Assembly (NCBI GenBank): GCA_051294375.1
Contig: CM119266.1
Location: 19,975,657-20,039,656, forward strand
DNA length: 64,000 nt
Source of the DNA: Paraspadella gotoi
Lineage: Eukaryota; Animalia; Chaetognatha
Direction of reading: 5' to 3'
The position numbers were made by a program, and so were the translations under genes. Under the pieces are notes generated by a model. The model was not told where the DNA came from. It did not search any database and worked only from the letters and a program-made list of their open reading frames with translations. Below are positions 61,818 to 64,000 of the stretch, piece by piece. The first letter of the stretch is position 1, and each line of letters opens with the position of its first letter.

Positions 61818-63615
61818 TTCGACGCCGCGGAATGAAAGAGCTTGCGGGATACAATTTTAGCGTTGCGGTGGTTTCCTGTTTTGGAATTCGCGTAGTTTCC
61901 TCGGGACAATTTTGTCTCAAGTTATGACAGCGGACCATACAAGGGAACTTACGATCATTATTGTTTCCCGTCATGCGCGAGATTTAAAGATTTGGAGCAA
62001 AGGCAGGGTAGAGAGCTCATTCCTTTACTTCTTAGATGAAACTAGTGGTAATCAGAGCGTCGCAGATATAAGTTCTCGATTGTTTACATTACTTGTAGAC
62101 AAAAAGTTCAGGGATTGCCGTCCAGCCCCGATGAATCACTTTTGCAAGAGACCTCTACCGACGAGAGCCGCAAACTCTTCTCTTTAAATAGAAAACGAAT
62201 CCACTTCCCAAAGCAACTTATCCAAAAGCTTCCATATTTATATTTTTTTCTTTTAATTTGTCTTAATGGTACTGAATTTTAAATGCATGATACATATAAA
62301 TTTCCAATATAAATCAGACCAGAATAAAAATTTTATTCGCCAGACTAGGTAACTGTTCAAAAACGTTCTAGGCTGATTGAGATCAAAAGATGATTAAAAG
62401 TATTTCAGTAAAAAATCTAACAAAATGTTAATTTATATTATCAATACAAATCATGTCAAAAGATTCATTATCATATCTATCTCATGTTCGGCTTTACACA
62501 TGTAACAGGACTTCTTACCACAATATTCTATGATTCTAGGGCGATTGACATACTTATTAACAATTTACCAAAAGTCAAGATTTTAATATTGAAATTAAAA
62601 AGAACATAGGCACTGGAAAAAGTCACAGTCCTGGGCTAAATGAAATTTAAAAAAAAGTGAATAACGTAAATCTTAATATCCGTCTCAAACACATCGGCTA
62701 ACCAACGCTCAATAAAAGGAGTATGTATAAACATGGGGGTCGACAAAAATATGTACACTCAAGAGTGAAGACGCTTGCTTTTGAATTACCGCCGCATTTT
62801 ACTTCGTTCAATTAATTACATTAATACTCAATAAATGAAAAGGGCAAAATTTCAGTTTCGCCGATAAGGTTTCTCGAATTGCAACTTTTGAAGAATACTT
62901 AAAAAAAACAACTTAAACAGAAAGAAGCGAACCCCTTGAACACCCCTAACCCTAAATCATGAATAGAATACCACATAGAAAGGGAAAAAAATGAAAACAA
63001 AAAATGTAAGAAAACCCAAAGATCTAAAAAATCGCGAAAAAGTCAACAAGGGTCCTTTTAGGAAGGCTTTAAACGGTGAAGCTGATATTTAGCCATAAAA
63101 ATTTCAGGAATTCTTAAATATTTCAGCCAATACAAACGATATTAAGTCACAATCTTAACTATTAAGATGGCAACAAAATAAATAATTTATTTAAAATAAA
63201 ACAAACATTGCTATATATATAGCCACAGAGCCGTGCTTGGACAGTGAAACCGGAATAAGTCTAGACGGAATGCGTAATAAACTGTAAAACAGAAACAATA
63301 CTCAAAAATTTGAATAGCATTATGCAAGTTCAGCAGCGAAATTCAGAAAACGTCTTTATTAATATTTTGTAATTGGTGTAACTGAGACAGTTAAAGCGAC
63401 TGAGACTAAAAGCACTCTTTCGCCTAATAAAAATTAAAATTCACCCTCAACTCCTCGTATCCATTTTCTCTCAATAGAGTCATTTTCCTTTATCGAGATC
63501 TGAAGTAATTGAACGTCCCTAGGAAAGGTGTTAACTACGACACAAAACTTTTTCTACGCGAAAAAGCAAAAGATGATTAAAGAACGCTTCAGAGGATAGT
63601 GTCCGCGAATTGTCC

Positions 63616-64000
63616 CTAAGACGTTTTCCAGTTAGAATTAGAATTCATAGACCGCGATGGAGGGATCATGTCCAGCAAGTATTGTCTTTGGGCATTGTTT
63701 AGCGCTTGGCTGTTGGAGGGAAGCGCCGCGGCAGCTGCCGCAGCCGCAAATGGATAACCGGCGTACCCAGGGAATCTCGACAATCCCTGCATTGCCGCGG
63801 CAACAGCAGAAGGCGGCAAACCTGCAAGAGCCTGGGCGGCCGCCATAGCGGCAGAGGCATTGGCGGCGGCCGCGGCTGAAGCCGAAGACGACGAAGTTGA
63901 AGTTCGAGCGCCCGAACCGTGACGGTCTGAGCTCATCTTTTCGCTTCTGTACCCGCGTTCCCTTTCTCGGTCACCGCGGTCGATCCGTTCTCCGTCGCCC
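63616..64000 (-). CDS. GATAD2: 3' end of GATAD2/p66 (simjang) NuRD subunit; rest lies outside the window
   Basis: Open frame from the window edge ends in QRQYLLDMIPPSRS...WKTS*, matching the recalled GATAD2A/B C-terminal motif QREYLLDMIPPRS. Confidence 0.75.
   Translation of the reverse strand, partial: GDGERIDRGDRERERGYRSEKMSSDRHGSGARTSTSSSSASAAAAANASAAMAAAQALAGLPPSAVAAAMQGLSRFPGYAGYPFAAAAAAAALPSNSQALNNAQRQYLLDMIPPSRSMNSNSNWKTS

Overview
Fragment of a gene-dense, intron-rich invertebrate animal genome (AT-rich introns, GC-richer exons, many (GA)n microsatellites, five N gaps). Left to right: the 5' part of an unidentified spliced gene (-); a ~15 kb gene-free stretch; an apparently intronless ADMP (TGF-beta/BMP family, +); a ~25 kb, ~35-exon TRPM2-like channel gene (-); a divergently transcribed PGGHG/ATHL1 GH65 glucosidase (+); Rab30 (-); and the 3' end of GATAD2/p66 (-). 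The main result of manual exon reconstruction is that the TRPM2-like gene has a complete, in-frame, MIDAS-degenerate von Willebrand A (VWA) domain spliced between the C-terminal coiled coil and the NUDT9-H domain, as a phase 1-1 module. Its introns also host three nested protein-coding genes: an antisense flavin amine/L-amino-acid oxidase, a same-strand 5-exon TSPO, and an antisense MYCBP/Dpy-30-like coiled-coil gene. Repeats include a Harbinger-like MITE filled with telomere-like TAACCC repeats, two HINE/DINE-1-like families (one nested in the other) and a Penelope-type hammerhead ribozyme inside a perfect 36-bp inverted repeat. All homology calls come from recalled motifs and hand translation; no searches were run.
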